Position numbers and translations under genes: made by a program. A stretch of DNA of 64,000 bases, from contig OY970065.1 of NCBI GenBank assembly GCA_963705295.1, positions 320,001 through 384,000 on the forward strand, in the 5' to 3' direction. Every line of letters begins with the position of its first letter. Position 1 is the stretch's first letter. The DNA comes from Parachlamydiales bacterium. Its GTDB lineage: Bacteria > Chlamydiota > Chlamydiia > Chlamydiales > Rhabdochlamydiaceae. Shown here in pieces: positions 49,120 through 59,059 of the stretch. The notes under the pieces are model-generated. The model searched no databases, was not told the DNA's origin, and was given only the letters and a program-made list of their open reading frames with translations.

Positions 49120-50113
49120 AGGGAAACGTCTCTGGCCCATTTCAAGAGATTGTTATCCAAAACAATTTTTAAAGCTGGGAGATTCCCTCTCACTTCTTCA
49201 AAAAACAGCCAGTCGATTCAATCCAAACGATACATATATATTGACGAGTCCAGAGTATGTTTCTTTGGTGAAAAATCAACTTCCTGAGCACGCAGTGATC
49301 GAAGAGCCGACGCCGAAAAATACAGCCCCCGCTTTGGCTTTTGCTGTCAGATCGATCGAAACAATGTTCCCCTCCGATGTCATCTTGGCGGTTCCTTCAG
49401 ACCACTTCATTTCTCCGGTGGAGAAGTTGTTGGAAGCAATCCAATATGCAGAAGAGGCGGCTAAAAAAGGGAGTCTCGTCATTTTTGGAGTGAAACCGTA
49501 CAAACCTGAAACGAGTTACGGCTACATCCAAATAGAGCCTACTCTCCGCTTCGTTGAAAAACCAATTCTTGAAAAAGCGGAAGAATATGTGAAATCTGGC
49601 CGGTATCTTTGGAATAGTGGAATGGTGGCCTTCACTCCAAAAACGTTTTGGAATGAAATCGGACAGCATGCACCAGAAATGATGGGAGATTTTTCAACAA
49701 TGCCCGAAATTTCTTTCGATTTTGCTGTGTTAGAAAAAACCCAAAATTTGACCTGCATCCCCTTGGATGCGAGATGGTCCGATCTTGGAACTTGGGAGAG
49801 CATCTTTGATTTCATGGAAAAAGATCAAAACCACAATGTCAAGATTGGAAAAATCGAAGAAAAAAGGACCAAAAACAGTTTGATTTATGGGGAAAGAAGA
49901 ACCATTTCTGCTCACGGCTTTACAGATGCGCTCATCATTGAAACAGCGGATGCCCTTTTTCTTGGAAAGAAAGGGAATTCAGAGTTGCTGAAAAAAATGG
50001 CGCCTATAAAAAGACAAGGTATGGAAATGGTGATTGATGGGAAAATTCTCGAAGAAAATCAAACCCTTTTTATTTCTGCTCAAGAGGATACGCTTGAAAT
50101 TAGAAGATTGTAA
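49091..50113 (+). CDS. manC: Mannose-1-phosphate guanylyltransferase with reduced C-terminal cupin
   Basis: ILAGGRGKRLWPISR..PKQF, NTAPA, PSDH, FVEKP, WNSG, WSDLGTW. Confidence 0.9.
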   Translation: MKIVILAGGRGKRLWPISRDCYPKQFLKLGDSLSLLQKTASRFNPNDTYILTSPEYVSLVKNQLPEHAVIEEPTPKNTAPALAFAVRSIETMFPSDVILAVPSDHFISPVEKLLEAIQYAEEAAKKGSLVIFGVKPYKPETSYGYIQIEPTLRFVEKPILEKAEEYVKSGRYLWNSGMVAFTPKTFWNEIGQHAPEMMGDFSTMPEISFDFAVLEKTQNLTCIPLDARWSDLGTWESIFDFMEKDQNHNVKIGKIEEKRTKNSLIYGERRTISAHGFTDALIIETADALFLGKKGNSELLKKMAPIKRQGMEMVIDGKILEENQTLFISAQEDTLEIRRL

Positions 50114-51314
50114 ACGGTTTCTTTTAAAGTGTTTTGTTGTGCTCGGTCCTTTGGGGAATTTGCTCACACCTCAGCTCATCATGCATTCGTTTCGAACGTA
50201 TTATATTTGCCTTCTCTTTTTTCCGATTTTTTATATTCCGCTTCAGAATAGGCAATTGAAATTCATCCTCTTTTTTTCCCCTCTTTTTATTTACTGCTTT
50301 TTGTCGGCTTTTTTCATGCAAGAGAGTGGACTTGGAAATCAGCCCCTTTTCCGATTTTGTCTTCTACTATTCCAGTGTCTCTTTATCATCGGGATTTCAA
50401 GTGATGCTGCGGATGTGATGAACACAATTTTCCTTTATCTGAAGGCGTTTTTTGTTTCCCTAGCCGTTGGTTTCGTTCTTTATCTCGGTTTTTATTCCCA
50501 TCTCATACCGTACACTCTTTTAGAAAGATTTTCTGTCCTCACGCAAATAGGGTACGGGTTTCTGAGGTTTTCGCCCGGTTCTTATCCCAACGAATATGGG
50601 ATCGTTTCAAGTTTTGTTTTGTCGATTCTCACCTGGATGATTTTGGAATACCGGTCGTTCCAACCGTATTTTTCAAAGAAATTTCTCATCGGCATGTATT
50701 TCCTCACCCTCATCGCCCTTCTTCTAACAACCACACGAACCGCTTACTTGGCCTACATCTTTACCCTTCTCTGGATGGCTTGGAAAAAACGGCACATGGT
50801 CCGTGTCGTTGCTACCGCCACATCCGTTTTACTCATCATCTTTCTCTTCTTAAGCCTCTTCGGAATCGATATGACTGAGGTTTTGACGGCAGGATTTGCT
50901 TTCCGAACGATGGAAGGAGGAACCCTACAAGAGAGATGGACCAACTGGTCTAAAGCGGCTGCCGCATTTTCTCGCCACCCTTTTTTTGGAGAAGGCTTCT
51001 CAGCCCACATCGATCTGCACAACCTTTACTTCCAAATTCTCTTCGAGCTCGGCATCGTTGGATGCGCCATTCTCGTCGGCGTCATCCTCCTCTTCCTATG
51101 GGATAAAAAGGTTCTCCGCTTCACCACTCAAGAACCCTCCTTTGAGCACCGATTCATCCATACCATCACTGTCTCTGGTTTCATCCACGTCCTGCTCTTT
51201 GGAATGACCAATCACAATCTCAACCACCATCTCACCTGGCTGGTCTTATTTTTCTCTTTATCTTTAAGAAGAGAGAGGATCCTAGGAAATATTCTGGCTG
51301 ATGATTTTGGCTAG
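50094..51314 (+). CDS. O-antigen polymerase/ligase family protein (Wzy_C); start uncertain, may be 50034
   Basis: Polytopic membrane protein; YPNEYG, LTTTRTA, HPFFGEG, HNLYFQILFELGIVG. Confidence 0.85.
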   Translation: MKLEDCKRFLLKCFVVLGPLGNLLTPQLIMHSFRTYYICLLFFPIFYIPLQNRQLKFILFFSPLFIYCFLSAFFMQESGLGNQPLFRFCLLLFQCLFIIGISSDAADVMNTIFLYLKAFFVSLAVGFVLYLGFYSHLIPYTLLERFSVLTQIGYGFLRFSPGSYPNEYGIVSSFVLSILTWMILEYRSFQPYFSKKFLIGMYFLTLIALLLTTTRTAYLAYIFTLLWMAWKKRHMVRVVATATSVLLIIFLFLSLFGIDMTEVLTAGFAFRTMEGGTLQERWTNWSKAAAAFSRHPFFGEGFSAHIDLHNLYFQILFELGIVGCAILVGVILLFLWDKKVLRFTTQEPSFEHRFIHTITVSGFIHVLLFGMTNHNLNHHLTWLVLFFSLSLRRERILGNILADDFG

Positions 51315-53777
51315 TTGCATCATGTCGAGCGGTTTTTTGGAGCCGAAGACTTTGGCGAGTTTGGCGTCGGGGACGATGGATCGTTTGTTTTTTGGGTCTT
51401 GAAGTTTGTGCTTTTTGATGTAATCCCAAAGTTTTTTGGTGATGTCGCCACGCGAGGCGACTTCTTCACCGATGACGGCTTTGAGGTCGTCGGAGATTTT
51501 AAGGGAGGATCCTTTCTTAAATCCTTTTTTGCCTGCTTTTTTCACGTAGGGGGTTTTGGGATGGTTGACGTATTTGGTGTGGAGGTCTTCCAGGTTGTTT
51601 ACGATGACATCGCAGTCGGGATAATTGGTGCAGGAGAAGAACGTTTTTCCAAAGCGAGACCGACGCTGCGTCATCTTTCCGTCGCAACCAACAGCGACGC
51701 AAGGTGGCATTTCCTCGGGGGCGGCTTCCCCTTTTTTGGGAATATTGACAATCCCACGGCATTTCGGGTAATTGGTGCACCCTAAAAAAGGGCCGTAGCG
51801 GCCAAACCGGATTTTCATGGGGCCGCCATCTTTTGGGCAATGTTGATCCCAATCAAAGTCGGGAGCGTAATCTTCTTTTTTGAATTCGAGGGCTTCTAAG
51901 GAGGTGGTGTAGTCGCAATCAGGATAGTTAGAACAGCCGTAGAAATACTTATTCCGAGACCAAATTTTCTGAAGTTTATGTCCACACTTAGGACAGCTGA
52001 TGTCGGTGAGGACTTTCGGTACAAACGCCTCTTTTTCAGCAGTTTCAACCGTCGGAATAAATTCTTTCCAAAATTCAGAGATCAGTTCCTTCCACAAGAT
52101 TTTATTTTCGGCGACTTGCTCGAGCGCGTCCTCCATGGTGGCTGTGAATGTCACATCCATGATGAGTTTAAAATTATCTTCGAGCATCTTGGCAATCACC
52201 CGTCCGAGTTCGGTCGGTTTTAACGCTCCCTTCTCTTTGATGGTGTAATCCCGGCTTTGGATTTTTTGCATGATCGTCGCATAAGTCGATGGTCTTCCGA
52301 TGCCGAGTTTTTCGAGATCTTTGACGAGGGAGGCTTCTGTGTATCTTGGAGGTGGCTTGGTGAACGATTGTTCTGGCTTGATTTCGAGTTGTTTTAAAGA
52401 TTGCCCAATTTGAAGAGGAGGAAGCAAAATTTCTTGTTCCTTTTTTTCTGTCTCATGGAGCCGATCTTCTTTTTCTTCATAGACAGCCAAAAAGCCTGGA
52501 AATTTGATCGCAGATCCGGAAGATCGGAGAAGGAAACCGTTGTTGGTTTCAATATCGACCGAAATCGTATCGTAGACGGCGGGATTCATTTGGGAGGAGA
52601 TGTATCTGCGCCAAATAAGGGTGTAGAGTTTAAACTGATCGGGCGTTAAGTATTTTTGGATCGCTTCTGGAGGGTATTCAATCGTCGTCGGGCGGATCGC
52701 TTCGTGGGCATCTTGAGCGCTTTTCTTGCTACTATAATGACGTGGCTGTTCTGGAAGGTAATCCTTCCCGTAGGTTTTAAAAATATATTTCCGCGCTGCA
52801 TCCAAGGCGCTCGGATCGATCCGAACGGAGTCGGTACGCATGTAGGTGATCAAACCTTCGGCACCTTCTGGTCCAAACTCGACCCCTTCATAGAGAGTTT
52901 GTGCAATGTTCATGGTCCTGGTGGCTGAAAAACCAAAGTGGCGGCTAGCCTCTTGCTGTAAGGTGGAAGTGATAAAAGGGGCGACGGGGTTTCTCTTTTT
53001 TTCCTTTTTCTCAATATCGGTGACTTTATAATTGGCGACTTTGAGTTTTGTAACTAGATCTTCAGCGGTTTTTTCATTCGAAATTAAGAAAATATCTTTA
53101 CCCAGAATCTCTTCTTTTTCAATTTTTTTCCCGTCGACAGAATGAAGAGTCGCTGTGAAAATACCTTTGTCAGCTTTCAGGTCGACAAAGATATTCCAAT
53201 ACTCTACGGCGATAAATGCTTCGATCTCTTTTTCACGATCGACGACGAGTTTTAATGCAACCGACTGGACACGGCCCGCAGAAAGACCGCCATCGCGTGC
53301 ACCTTGTACCCGCCGGGTCAAAATGGGCGAGATTTTATAGCCGACAATCCGGTCGAGCATACGGCGGGCTTGTTGAGCATCGACTAAAGCTTGATCGATG
53401 TCGCGGGGATGTTTAAGCGCTTCTAACACAGCTTCTTTTGTAATGGAGTTGAAGGTGACCCGTTTAGCTTTTGTTTTGGGGGGTAAAATAGAAAGGATGT
53501 GCCAGGCAATGGCCTCTCCTTCTCGGTCAGGGTCGGGCGATAAATAGACCATTTCGGCTTCTTTTGCTGCCTTTTTTAACCGTTGGATGACCTCTTTTTT
53601 CTCGTCCAAAACGAGGTATTCAGGCTCAAAATCATGCTTGATATCAATGCCAAACCCCTTCCTGGGCAAATCCCGAATATGGCCCAGAGAAGATTCAAAA
53701 GCATAATTATTGCCCAGAAACTTCTTAAGAGTCTTAATTTTTGCAGGAGATTCAACAATGATTAGTGCTTTTTTCAT
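51282..53777 (-). CDS. topA: DNA topoisomerase I with a C-terminal SWIB domain
   Basis: IVESPAK, DPDREGE, SAGRVQS, ITYMRTD, Zn ribbons, SWIB-like KKLWDYIKKHKLQDP. Confidence 0.98.
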   Translation of the reverse strand: MKKALIIVESPAKIKTLKKFLGNNYAFESSLGHIRDLPRKGFGIDIKHDFEPEYLVLDEKKEVIQRLKKAAKEAEMVYLSPDPDREGEAIAWHILSILPPKTKAKRVTFNSITKEAVLEALKHPRDIDQALVDAQQARRMLDRIVGYKISPILTRRVQGARDGGLSAGRVQSVALKLVVDREKEIEAFIAVEYWNIFVDLKADKGIFTATLHSVDGKKIEKEEILGKDIFLISNEKTAEDLVTKLKVANYKVTDIEKKEKKRNPVAPFITSTLQQEASRHFGFSATRTMNIAQTLYEGVEFGPEGAEGLITYMRTDSVRIDPSALDAARKYIFKTYGKDYLPEQPRHYSSKKSAQDAHEAIRPTTIEYPPEAIQKYLTPDQFKLYTLIWRRYISSQMNPAVYDTISVDIETNNGFLLRSSGSAIKFPGFLAVYEEKEDRLHETEKKEQEILLPPLQIGQSLKQLEIKPEQSFTKPPPRYTEASLVKDLEKLGIGRPSTYATIMQKIQSRDYTIKEKGALKPTELGRVIAKMLEDNFKLIMDVTFTATMEDALEQVAENKILWKELISEFWKEFIPTVETAEKEAFVPKVLTDISCPKCGHKLQKIWSRNKYFYGCSNYPDCDYTTSLEALEFKKEDYAPDFDWDQHCPKDGGPMKIRFGRYGPFLGCTNYPKCRGIVNIPKKGEAAPEEMPPCVAVGCDGKMTQRRSRFGKTFFSCTNYPDCDVIVNNLEDLHTKYVNHPKTPYVKKAGKKGFKKGSSLKISDDLKAVIGEEVASRGDITKKLWDYIKKHKLQDPKNKRSIVPDAKLAKVFGSKKPLDMMQLAKIISQNIS

Positions 53778-53857
53778 TTATTTTTACAATAATTTAAAGG
53801 TTGATATCATCAAATGGGTATTTCATGCAACCATATATGGCAACTAGGTTCAAAGAG

Positions 53858-53972
53858 GAGAACAGGATAAACAGGATCGCCCCCTAAATAAAGATAGGGG
53901 CGGCAGGATAATAAAATTTTTTCCTATCTTGCATATCCTGCCGCCGAAGGCGATCCTGCATATCATGTTCTC
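53858..53972. repeat. Nested palindromic intergenic element
   Basis: Outer IR 53858-53881 / 53949-53972 (21/24); inner perfect 12-bp IR 53899-53910 / 53934-53945; repeated CAGGAT/ATCCTG. Confidence 0.75.
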
Positions 53973-53996
53973 TTAAAAATAGGATAGGATTGTTAG

Positions 53997-54626
53997 ATGA
54001 AATTCGTTACGGTTTTAGTTTTCTTGTTTGGGTCTTTGTTGGGAGATCCTCAAAAAATTGCTGTTTGTATGGTAGCAGGGGGTCAGAATGTCACTTCGGC
54101 ACAATCGTTGATTGAGTCGGGAAGGCGGTTTTTCTGTGTCAATCACGAGGTGACCTATTTTGTTTTTACCGATGGAGAGGTTGAAGAAGCAAAAGATGTT
54201 ACTAGGGTGGCTGTAACACCCGATCGGTTGAAGCCGATGCATATTTTCGACGAGCATCAAAAATGTTTTGAGAGATACCATTATATTTTTGCTATTCATC
54301 CCAATATGCTTTTCGTAGCTCCTGTAGGAAATGAAATTTTATCTTTGCTTGTTGCCGTTCAAGATCCGAATTTTATTGGAAAATCACCCCTCTATTTCAC
54401 GACTCGTTTCCTGGGTGGGAATAGAGAGGAATTTTTTAAACTTGTAAAAACGGTTAAAAAAGAAATCGACCAGGGGATGGCTATCAACAATTTTTCTTGT
54501 ATTGAGAAACATCTCAACCGTTATTTGACAGACCACCCGCCGACACGTGTCTTGAGTCCATCGTATTGTTATCCAGAAGATTGGAAGATCGATTTTCCAA
54601 AAACAATAGTTTCAAAATACCCATAG
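53997..54626 (+). CDS. GT6 (ABO-like) glycosyltransferase homologue, degenerate, with signal peptide
   Basis: HEVTYFVFTD, PVGNEIL, FLGG, EKHLNRYL, PTRVLSPSYCYPE are colinear with GT6 enzymes. Confidence 0.8.
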   Translation: MKFVTVLVFLFGSLLGDPQKIAVCMVAGGQNVTSAQSLIESGRRFFCVNHEVTYFVFTDGEVEEAKDVTRVAVTPDRLKPMHIFDEHQKCFERYHYIFAIHPNMLFVAPVGNEILSLLVAVQDPNFIGKSPLYFTTRFLGGNREEFFKLVKTVKKEIDQGMAINNFSCIEKHLNRYLTDHPPTRVLSPSYCYPEDWKIDFPKTIVSKYP

Positions 54627-54644
54627 GAGATATTCTAGAAATAT

Positions 54645-55700
54645 ATGAAAAACTGGATTTGTTTTTTGGTGTTGATTCCCCTTCTTATAGGCTGTGCAAA
54701 GAAAGAGAAACCGAAGGAAAAGGCAAATTTTGAGACATTGATGGGCCGTGAATATTCCGCCTGGAAATACGTCCAGACAGCTGACGATTTCGAAAATCTA
54801 AACTTCTTTAAGTCTGTTTACGAAAGAAATATTCCTTTCTTAAGCATGAAATCAAACATGCTCCATGTTCCTAAGGTTATCCATTTTATCTGGATCGGAC
54901 CCAAACCATTTCCAAGGGATTCTGTCGAGAATGTCAAATCTTGGATTGTAAAACATCCCGATTGGACCTTCAAGTTTTGGACAGATCGGGACCGCCCTCT
55001 TCCTCACAAGCAGATGCAACCTGCTCGTGTCCAAGATTTGCAATTTATCAAGGTGTATGAGTGTTATAAAAAGTCGGAAAATTATGCGGAGAAATCGGAT
55101 CTCCTTCGATATGAGATTCTCTATCAAGAAGGGGGAATCTATGTCGATCACGATGTCAAGTGTTTCCAATCGTTTGAGCCTTTAAACAGGGCGTATGATT
55201 TTTATTGTGGAATGGAACTTCCTTATAAGACGTCCCTGAGCTCCTCGGTGCTCCCAACGAACAACATCATTGGTTCTAGGCCGGGTCACATCATTTTGCA
55301 CAAATGTATGGACTGGCTCTCAGACAATTGGGATAGAATCGATAATGAATATCCCGGGAAGGATAAAGATTCTGTGATCAATCGAGTGGCGCACAGAACC
55401 TTCTTGGTTCTCGGCGAGACATTTAAGCAGCTCGCCAATAAAGAAGGGAATCGAGATATCGCTCTTCCGACGTATTATTTCAATTCTCCGAGTGACAAAC
55501 AGGCTATTTTCTCTCGTCACCTCTATCAAGGGACTTGGTTTGAAAATGAATCGGAATTCGAAAAAATGGTTCGTGAACGGCTGATAAAAATCACCAAAAA
55601 AACCAATCGGATTCTCACTATTTGTGGAATTTTTTCTTTCCTCAATATTTTTGCCCTGGTTCTTGTCTTCATGAAATATCGAAAGAGAACACAAACTTGA
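54645..55700 (+). CDS. GT32-like DxD glycosyltransferase with lipoprotein signal and C-terminal TM
   Basis: PKVIHFIWIG, HPDW, KSDLLRYEILYQEGGIYVDHD; LIGC lipobox. Confidence 0.88.
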   Translation: MKNWICFLVLIPLLIGCAKKEKPKEKANFETLMGREYSAWKYVQTADDFENLNFFKSVYERNIPFLSMKSNMLHVPKVIHFIWIGPKPFPRDSVENVKSWIVKHPDWTFKFWTDRDRPLPHKQMQPARVQDLQFIKVYECYKKSENYAEKSDLLRYEILYQEGGIYVDHDVKCFQSFEPLNRAYDFYCGMELPYKTSLSSSVLPTNNIIGSRPGHIILHKCMDWLSDNWDRIDNEYPGKDKDSVINRVAHRTFLVLGETFKQLANKEGNRDIALPTYYFNSPSDKQAIFSRHLYQGTWFENESEFEKMVRERLIKITKKTNRILTICGIFSFLNIFALVLVFMKYRKRTQT

Positions 55701-56380
55701 TCGACGATACGTTGTTATGTGATTTGTTTCGAAGGGGTTTGATTCCAGGCCCTGATGAGACCGAAGAAGCTTTTCTTAAACGGGTTGAAAAAGCGACATC
55801 TCTTGATCATCCCGAATGGCGTGAAGCGGCTCAAAAAACGGTTCATTCTTTCGGATTTAATATCGACTGGGTCCCCATGGAATATTCGAATCGGAAGCTC
55901 GCATGGTGGGAGGGGGCTGCCACTTGGCTCCAGGAGGACCACCTTCCATCCATTCAACTCAGAAACTCTTTCAAGAAAGGATCTTTTTTAGGTTATCATC
56001 GCTCCGATATCTTGGCCCATGAAGCTCTTCATGCAGCGAGAATGTGCTTTAAAGAGCCGAAATTTGAAGAAATTCTTGCCTATTCCATAGCTCCAGAAAA
56101 ATGGAAACGATTTTTCGGCCCTTTTTTCGTTCGCCCATGGGAAAGTGTTGTGCTACTCGTTAGTTTCATGATCGGCATCTTCATTCCTTGGATTCCCATG
56201 GGTCTCCTTTCCTTGGGTTTAGCAAGACTTTCTTGGCGTCAATGGATTTTTCGGAAATGCAGACGGAAATTTCCCCTAGAAATCATCCTTTGTTTAACCG
56301 ATCAAGAAATCAAAAGCCGATCGTGGAAAAAAGATCGTTCAACGGTTCGTTTAAGGTTGCTCTCCCTTCTCGATAACTAA
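55697..56380 (+). CDS. Membrane protein with HExxH motif, possible zincin
   Basis: ILAHEALHAAR...FEE and C-terminal hydrophobic segments. Confidence 0.75.
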   Translation: MIDDTLLCDLFRRGLIPGPDETEEAFLKRVEKATSLDHPEWREAAQKTVHSFGFNIDWVPMEYSNRKLAWWEGAATWLQEDHLPSIQLRNSFKKGSFLGYHRSDILAHEALHAARMCFKEPKFEEILAYSIAPEKWKRFFGPFFVRPWESVVLLVSFMIGIFIPWIPMGLLSLGLARLSWRQWIFRKCRRKFPLEIILCLTDQEIKSRSWKKDRSTVRLRLLSLLDN

Positions 56381-57172
56381 TTCTGGATGATGTTCTCTGA
56401 CCCATAGATTGATCTTTTCTTTCACTCTTTGCAGTTCATTATTGACGATGGAGGGATTTTGAATGGTTTCATCGTAGAGGAGCCGGCCAATATCGATTTG
56501 GATGACCCGATTTCCAACGTAGCCGTAATTATTTCCAACTCCTTTATCTCGATCCCAAAAACCTTTTTGACAACGGGCTCCGATGAAATCGATAACGTCT
56601 TGCACGGCTTGTTTGGCCTCGGCTATTTTTTTCTCCTCCATCAAACCATCGATCCGTGCATAGAAAATCTGAGCTTTTTCTTGGATCATGAAAACAGCAG
56701 AATCGAGATCAACATCCCACTCTCTTCCATGTCGATTTTTCAAACGGATTTTTTTCTTAAACTGGTCGGTTTTATTGAGATGCAAATAAACGAGTCCCGT
56801 CTCTTCATGGAGCTGCTCAAAAGCTCTTTTAAACGTGGCAAAGGTTTCTTGGAGCCTAAGCTGTCGATGGAACATTTTCGCGCGGGCTTTATGGAGAAAA
56901 GGGAGTGGAAGGTATTTAAGCCATGTTTTGGGTGTCAAATGCTTCATCTTGAAGAATTTTAGAACATATTTTTGATCTTCGCTGATAAAGGCATAACTCT
57001 GCGTCCCACTTCCGAGATAGGTGAAGTTCTGCGATAAAATCTGATTTAAATTTTTTGGGATGGGGTTGATTTCCCATTCCGATTGATACTTCAGGTGAGA
57101 GGAGACCTTACTAGGAGCGAATCCAACCGGTTTAAATAAACTAAAAAGAATAAAACAGATAAAAATTTTCAC
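56351..57172 (-). CDS. Kinase-like fold protein with a hydrophobic N-terminus
   Basis: [20 protein letters not shown]...NYG, IQIDIG. Confidence 0.65.
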   Translation of the reverse strand: MKIFICFILFSLFKPVGFAPSKVSSHLKYQSEWEINPIPKNLNQILSQNFTYLGSGTQSYAFISEDQKYVLKFFKMKHLTPKTWLKYLPLPFLHKARAKMFHRQLRLQETFATFKRAFEQLHEETGLVYLHLNKTDQFKKKIRLKNRHGREWDVDLDSAVFMIQEKAQIFYARIDGLMEEKKIAEAKQAVQDVIDFIGARCQKGFWDRDKGVGNNYGYVGNRVIQIDIGRLLYDETIQNPSIVNNELQRVKEKINLWVREHHPELVIEKGEQP

Positions 57173-58992
57173 AGTTCAATCCTACGCAGCCTCAAAGCAT
57201 TCCAGATGACAGAAACAGAGCTAAAGGTCATTGCTGCACTCGCAATCATGGGACTGAGGAGTATACCAAAGAAGGGAAATAAAACACCCGCAGCAATGGG
57301 AATGCATAAACTGTTATAGATAAATGCAAATGCAAGATTTTGCCGAATGTTTTTGACCGTTGCGATACTGAGCTTTCTCGACCTTGCAATTCCGCGGAGA
57401 TCGCCTTTGACGAGGGTGATGTCACCGCTTTCCATCGCGATATCGGTTCCCGATCCCATCGCAATTCCGACATCGGCCCCAGCAAGCGCCGGAGCATCAT
57501 TGATCCCATCTCCTGCCATAGCAACGATATGCCCCTCTGCTTGCAGCTCCTTGACGATTTTGTTTTTATCTTGTGGAAGAACCTCGGCTTTAATTTTATC
57601 GATCCCAAGAGCATCTCCAACCGCTTTGGCTGTGGAAAGATGATCACCCGTGACCATGACGACATCGATATGTTCTTCATGCAACGCTTTTATGGCTTCA
57701 AAAGTCGATTTCTTGATGACATCAGAAGCGGCTAATAACCCGATTATTTTCTTATTCATAGCGACAAAGAGGATGGTTTGACCTTTTTCATCGATCGGAT
57801 CGATAGAAATTCGTAAATCTTGCATCAATTTTTTATTACCAATGACGATTTCGCTCCCTTCTATTTTTCCAACCACTCCTTTTCCTGGGATTGATTCAAA
57901 ATCATCGACTTGGAGGAGCTTTAAGTTTTTCTCCTTGGCTTTGGAGACAATCGCGCTCGAAAGAGGATGTTCGCTGAGTGCCTCTAAACTTGCACTGATT
58001 TGAAGAAGAAAGTTTTCTTGTCCGGGCTGAGAAGCGATAATCTGATTGAGGTGAATTTTTCCTTCAGTCAAAGTCCCGGTTTTGTCAACAACAACGGTGT
58101 CGACTTTGGCCATCGTCTCTAAAGCTTCCGCATTTTTAATCAAAATGCCAACGGAGGCTCCTTTTCCCACAGCAACCATCACCGACATCGGCGTGGCAAG
58201 TCCCAAGGCACACGGACATGCGATGATCAAGACAGCGACAGCATTGATGATGCCGAAGGAAAAAAATGTGATCACGGCAATAATGATCACAATCGGGATG
58301 AAAAACTGAGAAATTGTATCGGCCAACTTTTGAATGTGAGCCTTGCTTCTTTGGGCTTCGCTCACCATTTGAACAATGCGAGAAAGAAGAGTTTCATCGC
58401 CGACCCGCTCAGCTCTCATGAGAAAACTACCAGTCGTATTCAATGTCCCACCGATGACTTTATCCCCGGGGGTTTTTTCATTCGGGATGGATTCTCCTGT
58501 GATCATCGATTCATCGACGACACTTTTTCCTTCTGTGACAACACCATCGGCAGGAATTTTCTCTCCAGGATGGACTCTTAAAATTTCCCCCTTTTTAACA
58601 TCCTTTTTGGGCGCAAGTTCGAGAAGTTTTTGGATAGCTTGGCTCGTCTTCGCCCTGGCTCTTAATTCCAAGATTTGTCCAAGTAAAACAAGAACCGTGA
58701 TCACACAGGCTGCCTCGAAATAAAGAGAGATTGGGAACATAAAAGGAAAAAAAACTCCTATCACACTATAGAGATAGGCCGCTCCAATCCCTAAGGAGAT
58801 CAATGTAAACATGTTCAAACCCCATCCTCTCTGAAAAAAAGGAAATCCAGCCCATAAAACAACCGGTGTCGCCAACACAAATTGGATCAGCGGAGCGGAG
58901 CCCATCATCGATAGAATTATCACAGGGATCGTTAGTACAAGCCCGATCCAAAACCGGCGTGTCATATTTCTTAATTCCGTATCTTGGCTCAT
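57169..58992 (-). CDS. copA: P1B-type heavy-metal (Cu) ATPase lacking an N-terminal metal-binding domain
   Basis: [37 protein letters not shown] and MTFSS. Confidence 0.92.
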   Translation of the reverse strand: MSQDTELRNMTRRFWIGLVLTIPVIILSMMGSAPLIQFVLATPVVLWAGFPFFQRGWGLNMFTLISLGIGAAYLYSVIGVFFPFMFPISLYFEAACVITVLVLLGQILELRARAKTSQAIQKLLELAPKKDVKKGEILRVHPGEKIPADGVVTEGKSVVDESMITGESIPNEKTPGDKVIGGTLNTTGSFLMRAERVGDETLLSRIVQMVSEAQRSKAHIQKLADTISQFFIPIVIIIAVITFFSFGIINAVAVLIIACPCALGLATPMSVMVAVGKGASVGILIKNAEALETMAKVDTVVVDKTGTLTEGKIHLNQIIASQPGQENFLLQISASLEALSEHPLSSAIVSKAKEKNLKLLQVDDFESIPGKGVVGKIEGSEIVIGNKKLMQDLRISIDPIDEKGQTILFVAMNKKIIGLLAASDVIKKSTFEAIKALHEEHIDVVMVTGDHLSTAKAVGDALGIDKIKAEVLPQDKNKIVKELQAEGHIVAMAGDGINDAPALAGADVGIAMGSGTDIAMESGDITLVKGDLRGIARSRKLSIATVKNIRQNLAFAFIYNSLCIPIAAGVLFPFFGILLSPMIASAAMTFSSVSVIWNALRLRRIEL

Positions 58993-59059
58993 AGGAAATT
59001 TTTTATAAGTCAAAAATGTGAAAAAATGCGATACAATTTTCAAAAAACTGGAGAAATCT

